A stretch of 64,000 nt of DNA from Carcharhinus longimanus (lineage: Eukaryota), in assembly GCA_030264375.1 (NCBI GenBank), contig JASCQW010000119.1:10414781-10478780 (forward strand). Direction: 5' to 3'. A program made the translations under genes and the position numbers. The notes beneath the pieces were generated by a model. That model worked only from the letters and a program-made list of their open reading frames with translations, searched no databases and was not told where the DNA came from. Positions within the stretch are counted from its first letter, which is position 1. The number at the start of each line of letters is the position of its first letter. This document shows positions 39,000-51,840 of the stretch, one piece after another.

Positions 39000-41250
39000 A
39001 TTCCAGGTAACCCAAATGTGTGCCTTTCGTAAAAAGCAAAAAAAAACGTTGTCTGTGTCCTTGATCTGGCGAAGGGAGGGGAATGCACACTTTTGGTTGT
39101 TTAGCAAGATATAAAATATCATTGGCTAAGTTTGACAATGGAACAGTTTGGATTTAATGTGCGAACAGCAGTGCTCAATCCTGTTGGCATCTGGCAAAAT
39201 TACCTAGCTGTGGCAATATGCTAATGCCCTTGTCAAAAACCCACAAGACTCTCTGACATGGTCATATTCCACCGTGTACATAGATAAGCATGGTCTGACG
39301 TATTGCATAAGTGGTCAGGACTTCCTCAGATTTCAGATTTTAATGTTCATTGAACATGCCCATTTCTTCTTTCTGTTACGATAACAACTGGGTAGTTTCG
39401 TGAACATCCTTTAGGTGATCGGGCAAGCCAGTAGTTTGAATTTCTTTCAGTTGTGGTACGGGCAAATCTTCTTGTCAGGGTGACTAATGTTTATTATTAT
39501 TATTTTATTTCCTCCTTATAATGTCCAAAATCGACAACGTCTACATGGACTTGACCTTTCACTTGGAAATGTGTTTTGACCACTTGCAAGTCGAGGGTGA
39601 CTCCGTCGCTGTCGGTATCCGAGTCAGAACGTGAGAGGTGACAATTTTAATGAAAGTTTGAAAGAGTGTATCAGGATCATGACTTAATGGGGAAGAATAG
39701 ACGCTGGATCCAAGAAGCGGAGAGTTTGGTTAAACTTCTCCAAACGTTTTTGATCTTTGTAAGTCATGAAGCACAATCCCCTCAGGTTCGGATGTGAAGC
39801 GTTAATGCAAAACATTAATGCAACGGTTTCGTTTTCATTGTTAACGTAAATGGTTCGTGCAGAATTTATAACACCTGAGGGAAAAGCTACCAGCTCATCG
39901 ACCATTAGCAAGAATTGATACATTTCTGTGATGCCTTCACCATGGTCGGAAACAGTGTTCTTGGATGGGTCAATGGTTTGCAAGACACAGCGGCTCGCAA
40001 ACGTTGGAAAATGTGCTGGAGATCTTCCTCGCACAAGTAGAGCATATTCTTTTGAGGATGTACCAGAACTTGGAAACTTCAGCTGAACATCATATGTTGT
40101 ATGGAGATAGAGAGTTAATGGTTCGTAAATTGCCTTGGACGACGTTTGTATAAATGATCGGCAAATTATGTGCATCGTGCACGTTAGTTGAATCCGGCTA
40201 AATGCCTCAAACTGTATAAATGCCATAAACAATTATACCTTCCTCGCATTGCATAGGAACTTGGCACTATTGAAAACATGAGTATAGCTACTACCCACCA
40301 GAAAGGCCATGGTCAGTTTGCTTGTCTGCTTTGTATCCATTTTCGTAACACACGTAGTGGCTGTCACGATGCGGCCAACAGTGGCTATGCCTTTCATTGT
40401 GTGTTTCCAGTGTTCCTAAAACAAATCTCGATATATCGAGCGCTGAAAATGCTGCAGAGCAAACAAGCCTATCCACGCGGCATGTGAACATGATGCTGCC
40501 AGGCGTGCAGAAATTTTCCAGCATTTTCTCTTTTGATTTCAGATTCCAGCATCCACAGTAATTTGTTTTCATCCCCTTTGGCTGAGGTTCCCATGAATGC
40601 CTGAAGTATTTTGCCTGCAGGCTGTCCTTCTCTTCAATAGCCTCAAATATATTTGAATAACTGGAAATTCGATTGCTGACGTTGCTGTCATAGTGTTTTT
40701 TTCTCTTCTGTCTTGCCAACTTCAGGAATTCCCTCCGCTGTTCTGAGATGATTGGAAGTGACGACTGCTGGCAGACATGTTCTGCTGCCTTACGCTCTGC
40801 TGCCACCAAACATGTTCGTCTTCTCTCTCGACTACATGGGGAACATGGCTGTCATATCTTTCGAAGGAAGATGTCGAGAATGACTCAGGTTTTTGTGAAA
40901 CATAATGACCTAAAGTTACATGTCAACAATGATAATATACAGTTTGGAGCAACCTTCGATTTAATCGTGAAAATGACATTGACAGAGGGTTAAACAGCGA
41001 GCACGGGCATAATTACTTGACTACTGGTCTGACACAAAAGGATTAGAAGAATCCTTACTGACACAGAGGCCGTGGAATGAAAATCTGCAACGCAGGTAGT
41101 AATAATCGTTCATCATGAGTTCAATGACTTGTACCGCAAGTTTAAAACGAGCATACACTTGCAGTTCTTCAAGCAAAAATGTAGTTGTCTGCGTTGGCAT
41201 GCATGCAATATCACAGTAGGGTGGATAGTGAATATGTTAAAGTCATATAA
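39000..41250 (+). mobile_element. Decayed DNA transposase, probably Academ superfamily
   Basis: Frameshifted + strand motifs in the order expected for the large Academ-type protein: LR...F.EH, TCKSR(G)DSVAVGIRVR, IVNVNG, GQWFARHSGSQTLENVL...NLETSA, CRL..SSI, LHV...FDLIVKMTL...TGII. Confidence 0.5.
40480..40572 (+). mobile_element. Penelope-related short repeat inserted into the transposase remnant
   Basis: gatgctgcc...ttttccagcattttctcttttgatttcagattccagcatccacagta, a common shark repeat motif. Confidence 0.6.
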
Positions 41251-41424
41251 ACTTAATTTATCTTTTTTTTTCCTTCATGTCGTACTTTTCACCGTTACGT
41301 GCTGATACACAGTTGGCCTGATGAATCTACAAACATACATTATTATAAGCTGCTACTATAAGCAGGACGTATGCTTCACGTATGTATATTATAAAATCTG
41401 CTTGAGCCTCACATTGGAATCTTT

Positions 41425-41735
41425 CGGGAACGGCACACTTGCTTTGTGGTTAGCACTTCTGGCTTAAACCGCCAGGCATCTGAATTCGATTCCCGATTTG
41501 GGTCACTGTTCGTCTGGAGTTTGCACTTGCTTTTCGTACCTGTGTGGGTACCCTCTGGATGCTACGGATTACCCCCACGGTCTGAAAGGCGGCTGATTAG
41601 ACACATTGAGCATGCTAAGTTCTCCGTCGATGTATCTGAGTGGGCGCGGGAATATAGCAAATGGAAGATTTTCAAAGTAGTTTCATTGCAGACGTAATGT
41701 CAGCCGACTTGTTATGTTAAGAAATAAATAAACTC
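41425..41735 (+). mobile_element. tRNA-derived SINE
   Basis: gtggttagcact..ttcgattcccgatttgggtcactg..ggagtttgcac head and core, aataaataaact tail. Confidence 0.8.
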
Positions 41736-42210
41736 ATTAGTTCAATTAATGAAGCCCATTTTCTAACACCGTATAGTGTCGGTGTAAATGGGCTCGCTGG
41801 TAAACAGTGCTTTCTGATGATAATACATAGAACGTCCAGTCAGTAAAAAAAAAGTAGCTGTTTATTTTCTCCGTCACCATTTGAAACACCAGCTTACTAT
41901 GTGACCGCCAAACCTTGTGCTCTTTAGATCAATGTGAGATTTTGTAAGATGTATCACGAAATAACAGTTAAAATAAATTAAAATTGTTCGGGGGGAATTT
42001 ACGGCCTCGGTGCATCCCAGGCCAGGAATTGCGGCCCAAGCTCAACGAACCTTCCCATTGCCCACCCCTTGCCCACTGCGCTTCCCATGGCGAGGTATGG
42101 GGTGGCGGGGGCCGCGGGGGAGGGGAGGAGTGTTCGTGCTGCATAATTCTGGCGAATGTGCAATCAACATTTCATATTGTAACTTAGGTTGAGACTTTAC
42201 TCCTTTGCAG

Positions 42211-42246
42211 AGCTGGCCAGTTGCCAGAAAGCACTTTTTGAACTAG
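42211..42246 (+). CDS. 36-nt coiled-coil micro-exon (ELASCQKALFEL)
   Basis: tttactcctttgcag|AGCTGGCC...TTTGAACTAG|gtgagt; consensus splice sites. Confidence 0.85.
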   Translation, partial: SWPVARKHFLN

Positions 42247-42901
42247 GTGAGTAATCGCCCACTTACAAGCTATAACATTTGCTGGCGATAAAGGCTTTTC
42301 GGAAATTAAGTGAATTTGAACTATATAATTAGACAGTTTGTCATATGCAAATCATTTGAACATTTGATCAATGCGAAAACGAAAATTGGGAGTTGAAATG
42401 TCCAAACAATGTATCCTTGCTGATATCTACATGCCCATGTTGGTACTACTGCCNNNNNNNNNNGCGTTCCGATTTGCAGGTAAGGTGGAATGGTGATACT
42501 AACCTTGAATAGGCTTCGCCCTCTGCATCTTCTCAGTTTGGCTTAAAACGTTTGAAAAATGCACGTTGAATATCCTCGAAGTGTTGCCAACATTTATCAT
42601 GCAATGATGCAAACATATTGTCGCTGTCTGATTGTTGCTTGAGAGCTTGCTTCACAACAATAGGGCACAATATTACGTAAAATAATGATTAGACTTTAAA
42701 TATCTTGAATGTTAGACATTGTGTGGTTGCATTTTACAATGAGAGGTGCCATCGAATTCAATGACCCATGAAAAATAATAATCATATTTTCTATTTGAAC
42801 AAAATCAATTATTTCATATTTTCTGTTTGAAAACAGCTTGCAAAACGTAATTGTTTCATGTATTTGTCACCTATCATTCTATTTTTCTCTCTCTCCGGTA
42901 G

Positions 42902-42928
42902 AACAAAAGCTAAAGTCCAAAGAGAAAG
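42902..42928 (+). CDS. 27-nt coiled-coil micro-exon (EQKLKSKEK)
   Basis: tttttctctctctccggtag|AACAAAAGCTAAAGTCCAAAGAGAAAG|gtattc. Confidence 0.82.
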
Positions 42929-43029
42929 GTATTCTCATGAACAGGTTATTACTTTTCAAGATGTGTGACCAATTTCATCATTCCATCGTATCCACAACAA
43001 GCCCGAGAAAGATTTTACATATGCAATTA

Positions 43030-45620
43030 TCAATATTTTGAGTTTAATCCACACTGCTGTTAAGAAGATATTCCAGGATATCGGCCCAGCAATAGGTCAG
43101 CAGCAAAACTGAACTTCTATATCCGAATATCAGAATGAGTTGCAGTGGACTACACAAATGTAGGTGTTCCCCGATATCTGTTGTCTTTTCGATCCAGATG
43201 GTCGTGGTAGTGATTGGAAGATTATGCCAAAACAACTTTGGGATATCCTGTAGTGCCTTTGTATAGATTGCATACGGCTGCCTTTTGATATGTGCGAGAG
43301 AGTGATATTTGTGTAAGTTGTATCATTCAAGCAGGTTGTTTCGTACTGGATGATTTTTTTTTCTTGCCTAATTTATACACGACTTATTTTTGAAAATTCC
43401 GCCACTTACCGACGGATTTCGACCCCCACTTTTAAAATCACATTTCTCGACTGCAGATAGGGTTTGGGTAATCAGCTGGTGAATTAACTGTGGTAGTTTA
43501 CCCAGCCTTTGCCCCGGTCTGAAAGCCAACCACTGTGTATGCTTAGTAAAGTTCAATACCTGGTCAAAAGTTATACCCAATATTGTGGTAGCGTAAAATC
43601 CAGCGGAGGAAATGTCAAAACATGTCAAAAGTGTACATTAAGTCAACTCTGGTTGTAGATGTTCATTGACTGGACAAAACTGGGGCGCGAATTGAGCTTG
43701 CCACTACTCAGCTCAATCTGGATATTCTCCATGACATTGGCTGCAGCTGGAGGTGGACTGTTTCAGTATCTAGATAATCACATATGATATTGAACATTGT
43801 ACGTTCATCAGAGAACATCACATACGGACATTTTGATTGAAGTAACGTTATCGATGAGGGATTTGATGATTATTGCGTCCCTGACTATAACCTGGAGCAG
43901 ATTTGATGCTCGCCGATCACGAAAACTATTTACCTTCATGCCAGATATGAGTCCTTGAGATAGGAATGATCCCCCCGCCCCCCCAATTCCCCCTTCCCCA
44001 CCCCTCCGCCCCTCCGTCCCGCCACTCTCCAGTTCGAATTCAGTGCTTGTTTTCTGGGGTTCATGACATGAAGACTGGATCAAATGCTGCCCGAATATCA
44101 TGGCATAACATTCGCGCTTCACCTTCAGTATTCAGCTTGTTTGTACATGTTTAACCAAAGGCTTGAATGGTGTTGGTACTGGGCGGCGGTAGACAAAACC
44201 AAACTCAGCGTCACAGAGCAGGTTATTACTAATTAAACTTCCGTCATAGCCCTGCTGTTAGCCGTTCGCATCAATTTATTGACGGTCGCCAGTAGACGGA
44301 TGGTTCAGTAATTCAGAGGCGTGAATTGTGTCCTGTCTCGTGTGTGTAGGGCAAGCCTGTGCGAGTTTCCACCTTTCCGGATTGATGCCAATATCGTAGC
44401 TGTCCTAAAACAACTTGGATTGGGCCGCCTACAATTATTCAGTACTGTTGCTGGGACATCATCAAAACCTTTAATGGTTTACGTATCTCTTGTTTTTTGG
44501 ACGTTTTGTTTTGCAGTCACATAGAATAAATCAAAAATGTCTGAAAAATAGCATTTGTGATTCCGCGGACGAACAGAGGAGGCCAAGATAAATTATGCAC
44601 TCTGAATTTTCTTGCTGAAAAATTCTCCGGATGCATCAGCCTGAACTTTTTACATGAAATGTTGAACACCTCCACTAAGGAACACACGCAAATTTGTAGA
44701 AATTGCTCCTCAATAGTTGTTTCTGTATCTAACACCATTGATAGCTAGCTGCGGGAGGACTGCAAAGCTTAGACCTGTTCCATTGTTTGTGATATTGCTC
44801 AGATGGGTATCGTAATTACTGCTTAGCTTTTATCGCTATTTCTTGCAGTTTCACTTGGTTAACGCATCGTTTTCACTTTTCTCGTGTTGTTCTTGACATT
44901 CCCTTGATTATTTCTTTTTAATATTTAGATTGGCAAAGTCAACTACACCAGCCACTTTTAGGTAGGATGAGGTCACAACCTTTTTGTTTTCTGTCTAATT
45001 GTTTCCCCATCCAGTTTGTGCAGTTGCAGTTCAGTTTTAAGAGCTGGAGATCTCGGAATATGCTGGGAATGCCGAGCCACTCATGTTCATGTATAATAAA
45101 GTTTGTGCCCCGTCCCCCTTCCTCCCCCGCCTCGCGTATATTCCGTACTGATGCCACCTTCAGTCCTTCCCCCACGTGCTGTTCAAAATGGAAGAGAGCT
45201 GATTTACCAGAGGAAATTGGGTGCTAAGTGATAATAAGCAGAAGGTTATTTTGAGCGTTTTTGACCAATTGTCATGCAAGTTCCTGGAATCCAGAGTCGA
45301 TGTCCAGGACTCCAGGTGCTCGTCCAGCCCACTGCAGACCACTGTGCAATCATGTCCGCTGGTTAGGTCCTCTCCTTCGTGGGGCAGGGCATAATAAATA
45401 ATGACAATTGTGACGTTTGTGTAATTACATGTGAAGTGCGATTTACTGAGCATTTCTATGTGAAGCTGCCCGTTTACCAGAACGTCACATGGTTCTCCGA
45501 ATTTTGTCACAAAACTCAAATGTCATTAGGGCGAAATATTTACGGCAGAGCTGAATATGCGGTTGCCAACTGCTATCCTTCCTCTGAACATATTTAGGGG
45601 CAACATTATCAGATAACATA
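43030..45620 (-). mobile_element. Decayed CR1-group LINE (endonuclease to 3' region)
   Basis: Minus remnants: NFIIHEHEWLG (cf. GDFN.HH.EWL), CDLILP (cf. LDLILT), TILGITFDQVLNFTKH. Confidence 0.65.
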
Positions 45621-45639
45621 TAACTTTCTTTTCAAGTGT

Positions 45640-46545
45640 CTTTGCCTTTTCGTCAGCACTAAATAAAGAAAAAACGCGTTAGATACTTAATATACCAGGA
45701 GAGATATACAGTTAGCGATCTATGCGACCTGGGAGAATTGCACCAAAGTTCCAACAAACTGAAAGAACAAGGCAAAAATGATTGGTATTTCTGAGGGTTA
45801 TTTCACAGAAACATAAAATGCGTGGGGTTGTAAAAAAAAGTTAAGTCGTGCATCACAGTTCAAAATTTCACTTGTTGAGTTCCGAGGGCTGAAAATGGCG
45901 AACTGAACCATGAGCTAATGCTCCTTTATTTTGCATTTGGGTTCATTGAGGCAGTGCTGCAGGCCAAATATGACAACAAAGAGTTGGCTTGAAACCGCAA
46001 GCGACGATATAGTTGGGCTCATGCTTTCTAGCTGAGTAACGCTTGTCAACAAAACATACATGTAATCTCTGGTAACTCTAATTAGTACACAGCATTAAAA
46101 AAAAATGCTGGGTGCAGCGAATACAGTTGCCGAATTCCAGAAGATACACCTGAAACGCGACTTAACCAGAAAATTGTTTGTGCTGCTTCTCATGGCGAGG
46201 ATGGAAGATTTAAAAGGGATCAATGTTTCACATTACATGCTTGATAGGTACATTATCCTGATATAGCGATAATGAACTGGGTCGCATGGAAGACTGCATC
46301 TATATTTCAGGACAATATGAATTGAAACCTTCTCAGAATTCATGCCCATCTTATATTCGGTGATATCGAACTGTTTGATATGACAGCAAAGTTAAAAACA
46401 TTGCATTCAAAATCGCTAATGCTGTAAGAGGGGATCGAGTGATCGAAGAGGATTGTGGCCATCCGAGTTGAAGATGACAGGTATAACACTAGGGTTAAAG
46501 CAGGGAGCAATTCAGAACTTAAACCTAAATACATCTTATAACCAT
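45640..46545 (-). mobile_element. Penelope-like element remnant (RT C-terminus/GIY-YIG region)
   Basis: Minus LTLVLYLSSSTRMATILFDH resembles the Penelope motif PLVLTYHP..IQ.II.RH. The 3' part resembles the C.....R...E.HLIF.LGT..P.G.N tail. Confidence 0.5.
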
Positions 46546-47719
46546 TGACAAATATGATTAGGTGCTGGAGGCCCTGGTTTTAACTTTTTCACGGCTGTCA
46601 GTGAACAATGATGAAATAATAGTCAGTCGCCCATTAATTGTTTTACATTAGCTGTGAAAGTAAATCTTACTTTTGCTATTAGTATTTGTGAAGATTTTGT
46701 CAGTCCCTGAAACTGCAAGAGAGGAACTAAGGATTAAAATGTAGTGTAGCAGCATTGGCTCGTATCTAAGATACAAAGGGGGAAATCAATTAGATTTCCT
46801 GTAAAAGTTCGTGGAGATTCAAGTGGAGCGTGAACTTTAGAACTGTCTCGGTCAAATAAATGCAAATTTATGGCTTGAAATGTGACGCAATCCACTGCAA
46901 TTCAGAGGCAGCATGAGTAGCTTGATTCAGAATATTCCTAATTCTTTTTATGTTCATTCCATCCATTAAAGAAATATAGAATGAATCCAATTCGTGGTAC
47001 CTATGACAGAGTCAAACAAGACTAAACTGACAACATGAGTCATTGTACCCATTTCTGACGTGATCTGAGAGACATGGTCCAATCTAACAAGATAATGCAC
47101 CAAACCTCATGTCGGGCTTGACCTGACGCTTTACCTTAAATAAAAGACCGGGAGGGCTTTGAAAAATTGCATCAGACGAGCCATCCGTTAAAGGCCATTG
47201 ATGGTTGACTCTGCTCTAGCTAAGGAAATCAAGCTGCCTGGATTTTCATGAAATCAATGAGGCTAAGGGTCGGTCAACAACTGCCTTGTCATTTAGAAAC
47301 ATGATTATTGTAATACGAGAGTCAAGTAATGTATATCAATTCAACTGAATACACTTCCAGTATTTCAGATTCCTGCCCTTGATGGACCAGAGTTTTGACA
47401 ATTTGACTTGCAGTTCTGATTTTCTTAAATGATGCATTGTGTTGCTCCAATCTTCCATATGCCTAATATGGCTATCATTTTACACGTCGAAACTTTGAAG
47501 AAATATATATGATTTTGTTTTGAATGTGATGACCTTCAGATCAGTTGCAGTGAGTAAGGCAGAAATGGCACCACGAATGTTCTCAACTTTTCACTATGAT
47601 TGCTTAAAATATATTTCTGTTGTTGGCGGGAACGTAGGCCAGATTCTCTGTTTAATCTGTTGCATCTTGCCAGTGCCATGTAACAACTATCTCTAAATGG
47701 TATATATCTACTTTAGGAA

Positions 47720-48364
47720 GACATCCGGATTTCATCCAGGGATGATAATCCCTAAACATCTCATTTTATGTCTGACATTGTGACCCCCTGCATCACCACC
47801 CCAAGATAGATCTGTTAAGATCTAAATTGGTCATCACCGAAGCTCAACGGTGTTAGATGATAGTTTTTTTTTCCTTCTTATGGGACAGCAAAGGCAGCAA
47901 AGGAGCTGATCAATATAGCATCAGCTCTCGAGAAAACAGCTAATGATACTGCGGAAGAATTAGAGGATGTACGCCGCTCTATCTTCGAAGTTTCAGCTGA
48001 AGTCGTAGATATACGGACGGTGGCACTCCAAAATCGAATGACTTTATGTTACTTGTTGGCAGCAACAGGAGTTGCTTGTGCCGTAATATGCTCTGAGTGT
48101 TGCACATACATTCCAGACTCCTCGGATAATATCACTGATTTAGCTGAGCATATTAAAAAGGCGGCTGCGAAAATTAGGGCTGAAGGGCAACACTTTAATA
48201 ACTACAATCCTCCTGGCTGGTGGCCTTTTGGTAACCTCTTTGGAGACTGGAGAGGGGTGCTCATGCACATGGGAGCCATTATCCTGGTAGTTTACTTACT
48301 GCTAGGCTTGCCTAAGGGTGCGTGCCAACGTCTAGCATATCATAGAGCACAAGGTCCCTCCTAA
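47720..48364 (+). mobile_element. env: Endogenous retrovirus env, transmembrane subunit remnant (gamma-type env)
   Basis: PSYGTAKAAKELINIASALEKTANDTA...VALQNRMTLCYLLAATGVACAVICSECCTYIPDSS...WWPF...AIILVVYLLL: fusion region, ISD, CX6CC and TM helix. Confidence 0.92.
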
Positions 48365-48402
48365 AGAGGTTAATGTTATCATGGAATGATAAAAGGAGGG
48401 AA

Positions 48403-49139
48403 TGAGATATAAGGGGTTAGCATCCCATTAATCTCCTGTGATCTTGGCCATTTGTGAAAAAGAAAGTTTTGCGAGCTGAAATCTTGCAAAATTGCAAATG
48501 CAGCTGGTTGCTTTAAAATAAAGAGAAAAGTCTCCATTAGCTAAAAGCTGTGATTAACTGCATCTTGCTTGAAACAATCTGCGCTGATAGTCCCGATTCT
48601 GAATTGTCAGCCTGGCCTTGTAAATAACGAAATATTACGAAACTTTTGCTTTATTAACTCAGTCTAGGCTGGACTTGGCTAAATGATGTCCTTAGTTTGA
48701 AGGAGATAATATTTTATGGCAAAGTAACGTCGCAAGATATATATGAGAACGGTTTCTATCTCACACTGGAGCAATGGTGGACGTGCAGCTTCGACGACAA
48801 CCGGGGGTGGATTTTCGACATATTTTTACTCACATACTGTATTTGTACTTACTTTTGCAGCGAATCTGGGTGAAGTTATACTGTGTTGCGTGACTAATTG
48901 TTGTGAGAAGAGAACAAAGGAGGTAAACCCTCCACCCCCCCACCCCGCCGTTCGAGGGAGAATCGCTCGGCTAAACTCAGAAAACAGTGTTGAGTTAGTA
49001 TACTCAGTAAAGCGTTAGAAAAGCGATTCTCCAAGAGAGCTTGTACTTGCTTGAGAATAACGGACCGGGTTTCCTGATGCAGATCAGTGTCTTGTTCTTG
49101 CATCAAGTACATAAGGGTCTCTGAAAAACGAACCTGACA
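48403..49139 (+). mobile_element. ERV 3' LTR
   Basis: Polypurine tract AAAAGGAGGGAA (48391-48402) directly before TG, TATA-like box at ~48737, AGTAAA at ~49006, probable end ...CCTGACA. Confidence 0.75.
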
Positions 49140-49465
49140 ATCCGAAGGGAAGACCGCATTATATAAATTCCAAATTTGCTACACAAGACCTGATTTATTT
49201 TTGGGGGAGCCAAATGAGCACCTGCATATTATGGAATAACTGAGGGTTCTCAGTTTATTTAACTGTGCATGAAATGTGCCGCATATCAATAATGAGCACA
49301 GTGTGCGATTTGATAATCAAGTATAAAATTACTGTTAATCATTTCATGAATTCACTGATACTGCACTAGTTTGTCACCAAGAGCATAGCCAAAGACAAAA
49401 GGATTACGAGAGACAAACGATTATATGAAGGGTAGCGATGCGTTCGATAGCAGGACAGACATTCC

Positions 49466-50743
49466 GGGGCGATTCTCCGAAAAGTGCTGAATTGGCGAGA
49501 AAACTGGTCTAGATCACGATGTTTTATCAGTGCAACTTCCAACCCAATTCTCCCCAATCTCGGCAATGCAGCAATCACAATCGTGGATATCTTTTTAAAA
49601 AAGGGGGCTATTATCGCCAGAGCCGAAAGCTCTCAAACTCTGCGCATGCGCAGTGATATGGCAGTCTCCCCGTTTCCTGGTCTGCTCGATCACTGGCCAA
49701 TCCGCGACCCCCGCAGTCCTGCCCCTCCAGCCCCACCACACCACATCCCCTATGTTCAGATCGCGCCCTCCGCAACAATTTCAGGGTCAGCCCGGTTCTC
49801 CCCAACCCCGGGGCCGCCAACGCACCCAGCAGTGGCGATTCACCACCCTCCTCACCCCGGGAGATCTGCCTCCTCCCCTGCCCTTCCCCCCACCTCCCCC
49901 CCAGACGGGGAACCACTCCTCGGAGGCAGACCCCCGACAGGCGCAGATTCTCCGGGAGACAGATACCCCCAGCAGACCACCTAACCGTTCCAGCCCGCCC
50001 CGATAGTTGACCAGACAGAGAGACCCAATGCAGGAAGCGGAACTCACCAATCGCCCCCTACCTCCCGAGTACAGTAGGCTCCGCTCCCCTCGGCACTGCC
50101 GTTTCCCGATGAACAATGTCAAGGTGTCCCGTGGGCATGAGCACTTTGCCAGTTGGACAGTGCCTGGGGGCACAGGCTGGCAATGTCAATGTGAGACGTC
50201 TCACAACACCAGGATAAAGTCCAACTGGTTTATTTGGCAGCATAAGCTTCACTGCCACATACAACTGTTGGGATAGAACATACTGTTGTGACTCTTCTTA
50301 CTGTGCTTACCCCAGTCTAACACCGTCAGTGTGCCCATACTGCCCGATCCCAAAGGGAGGCCCGATTGTCCCCCCCTCCTCCCCACGACTTCCGTTTTTA
50401 CTCCGCTGGTGTGTCCCGCAAATTCCCTCAATGTGGATAGCTACTCTAAACCCTGACAGAGTGAAAGACTTCTGAGGTGCGATCGAGCCCCGCACGTTCC
50501 GTGCAGAGACGGTAATTACATTTAAATCAATAAAAACAATTCAAAACGCTTTCTTCTCTCCCCGACGGTTCCTAGCGCGGCCTAGACTGCGACTGCTCTC
50601 TGATTACGAAAGATCTGCATGCGTCTGGAATGCACGCACAAATCCCTCGAAATGACCGGTACGCGCATCTCCCGACCCGTCAGAAAATGTGTGGGCCAGG
50701 ATATGAGCATTGCCCCCTACATTGCTGACAAAGAATCGTGCCA
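49466..50743. mobile_element. GC-rich non-autonomous DNA transposon (Harbinger-like) with short TIRs
   Basis: Starts ggggcgattctc and ends agaatcgtgcc (imperfect inverted repeat). The interior is GC/CpG-rich with low-complexity Pro-rich ORFs. Confidence 0.55.
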
Positions 50744-51840
50744 AATATGTTTAAGTGCAACCTAGTTTCTGAGTACTGAAAACTGATGAGTGATTAAATA
50801 CAATGTTACGGTTTTTAGATATTGAAAGTTTCAGCACTCAATATATTTGCACATTGGCGGGGGCAGCGGCGGTTGGAGGGNNNNNNNNNNNNNNNNNNNN
50901 NNNNNNNNNNNNNNNNNNNNNNNNNNNNNNNNNNNNNNNNNNNNNNNNNNNNNNNNNNNNNNNNNNNNNNNNNNNNNNNNCATAATAAAGGGTTTTCAGT
51001 ACGTCATTTGCGACCTGAAATTGCCTTTGGGATTTGGTTTTGAACTTGGCTCATTCACCTCCACGTTTATATCACTAAACATTCATTTATTCATTAAGAT
51101 GCATTGTTCCTGTAACATGAAAACTATTGAGCTTTTCCACTAAATCTTGGAGAAATCAACCTCGAGAAAACTGTTGTTGGTGAAGTACAATATCGATATC
51201 TTGCTTCCGAATTGGAAAATCTCTCGTCCATTGTTTTTGGCTGCATTTAAACTCAACACATCTGGTGTCAACTGATACAATCACACGAAAACTCAACTCT
51301 GTACTGCTTGTTTAGTGGTGCCATGCTGTACGTGAGAAACTTCAATGGAATATTAAGCTGACATAGCCAGTTACAGTAGGGTAGAATTGCAGCATATTTG
51401 CCATTTCAATATTTGCGAAAATATGTCAAATGATGACAGCACTCAGGAATGACCAGGAGTGTTATAAACAGAGAAAAAAAAGTAACTTTTTTTTTCTTGT
51501 TATTATTTGCCTCAATATGACTTGTGAATAATATCATTCAAACAAGACATTTTTCGCATATCTACTTTCGCTTCCAGGGAATGATGTTTGGAAATTTGTT
51601 GTTACCAACAAAACATGTGTGATTGAAACTCAAGGTCAAAACAAGGACTGGGTATTTCCTCAGGAATTATGGTGCACAACTGAAACTCCTACACTCAGTT
51701 GTTTTAGATGTCACAGTTAAGCAGACTACATACAAGGAACATTAAAGTTGTGTCATCAGTATTTGCAACAAACTTTCAGTACTACATTGAAATTGTTAGC
51801 ATAAGTATATTGTTGTGTGTTTCTTTTTGCTTTTCTTTAG

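Noticed and set aside
39684-40809. 182-aa and 172-aa minus-strand ORFs as genes
   Set aside because: They are antisense to decayed transposase motifs, and one runs through an inserted repeat.
44929-44961. 33-nt AG..GT symmetric segment (DWQSQLHQPLL)
   Set aside because: It lies inside an antisense LINE endonuclease remnant, its donor derives from the LINE, and it has no heptad similarity.
51708-51745. Acceptor followed by DVTV.., like the start of a B30.2 exon (DVTLDP)
   Set aside because: Stops after 12 codons, and no PRY-SPRY motifs were found anywhere in the window.
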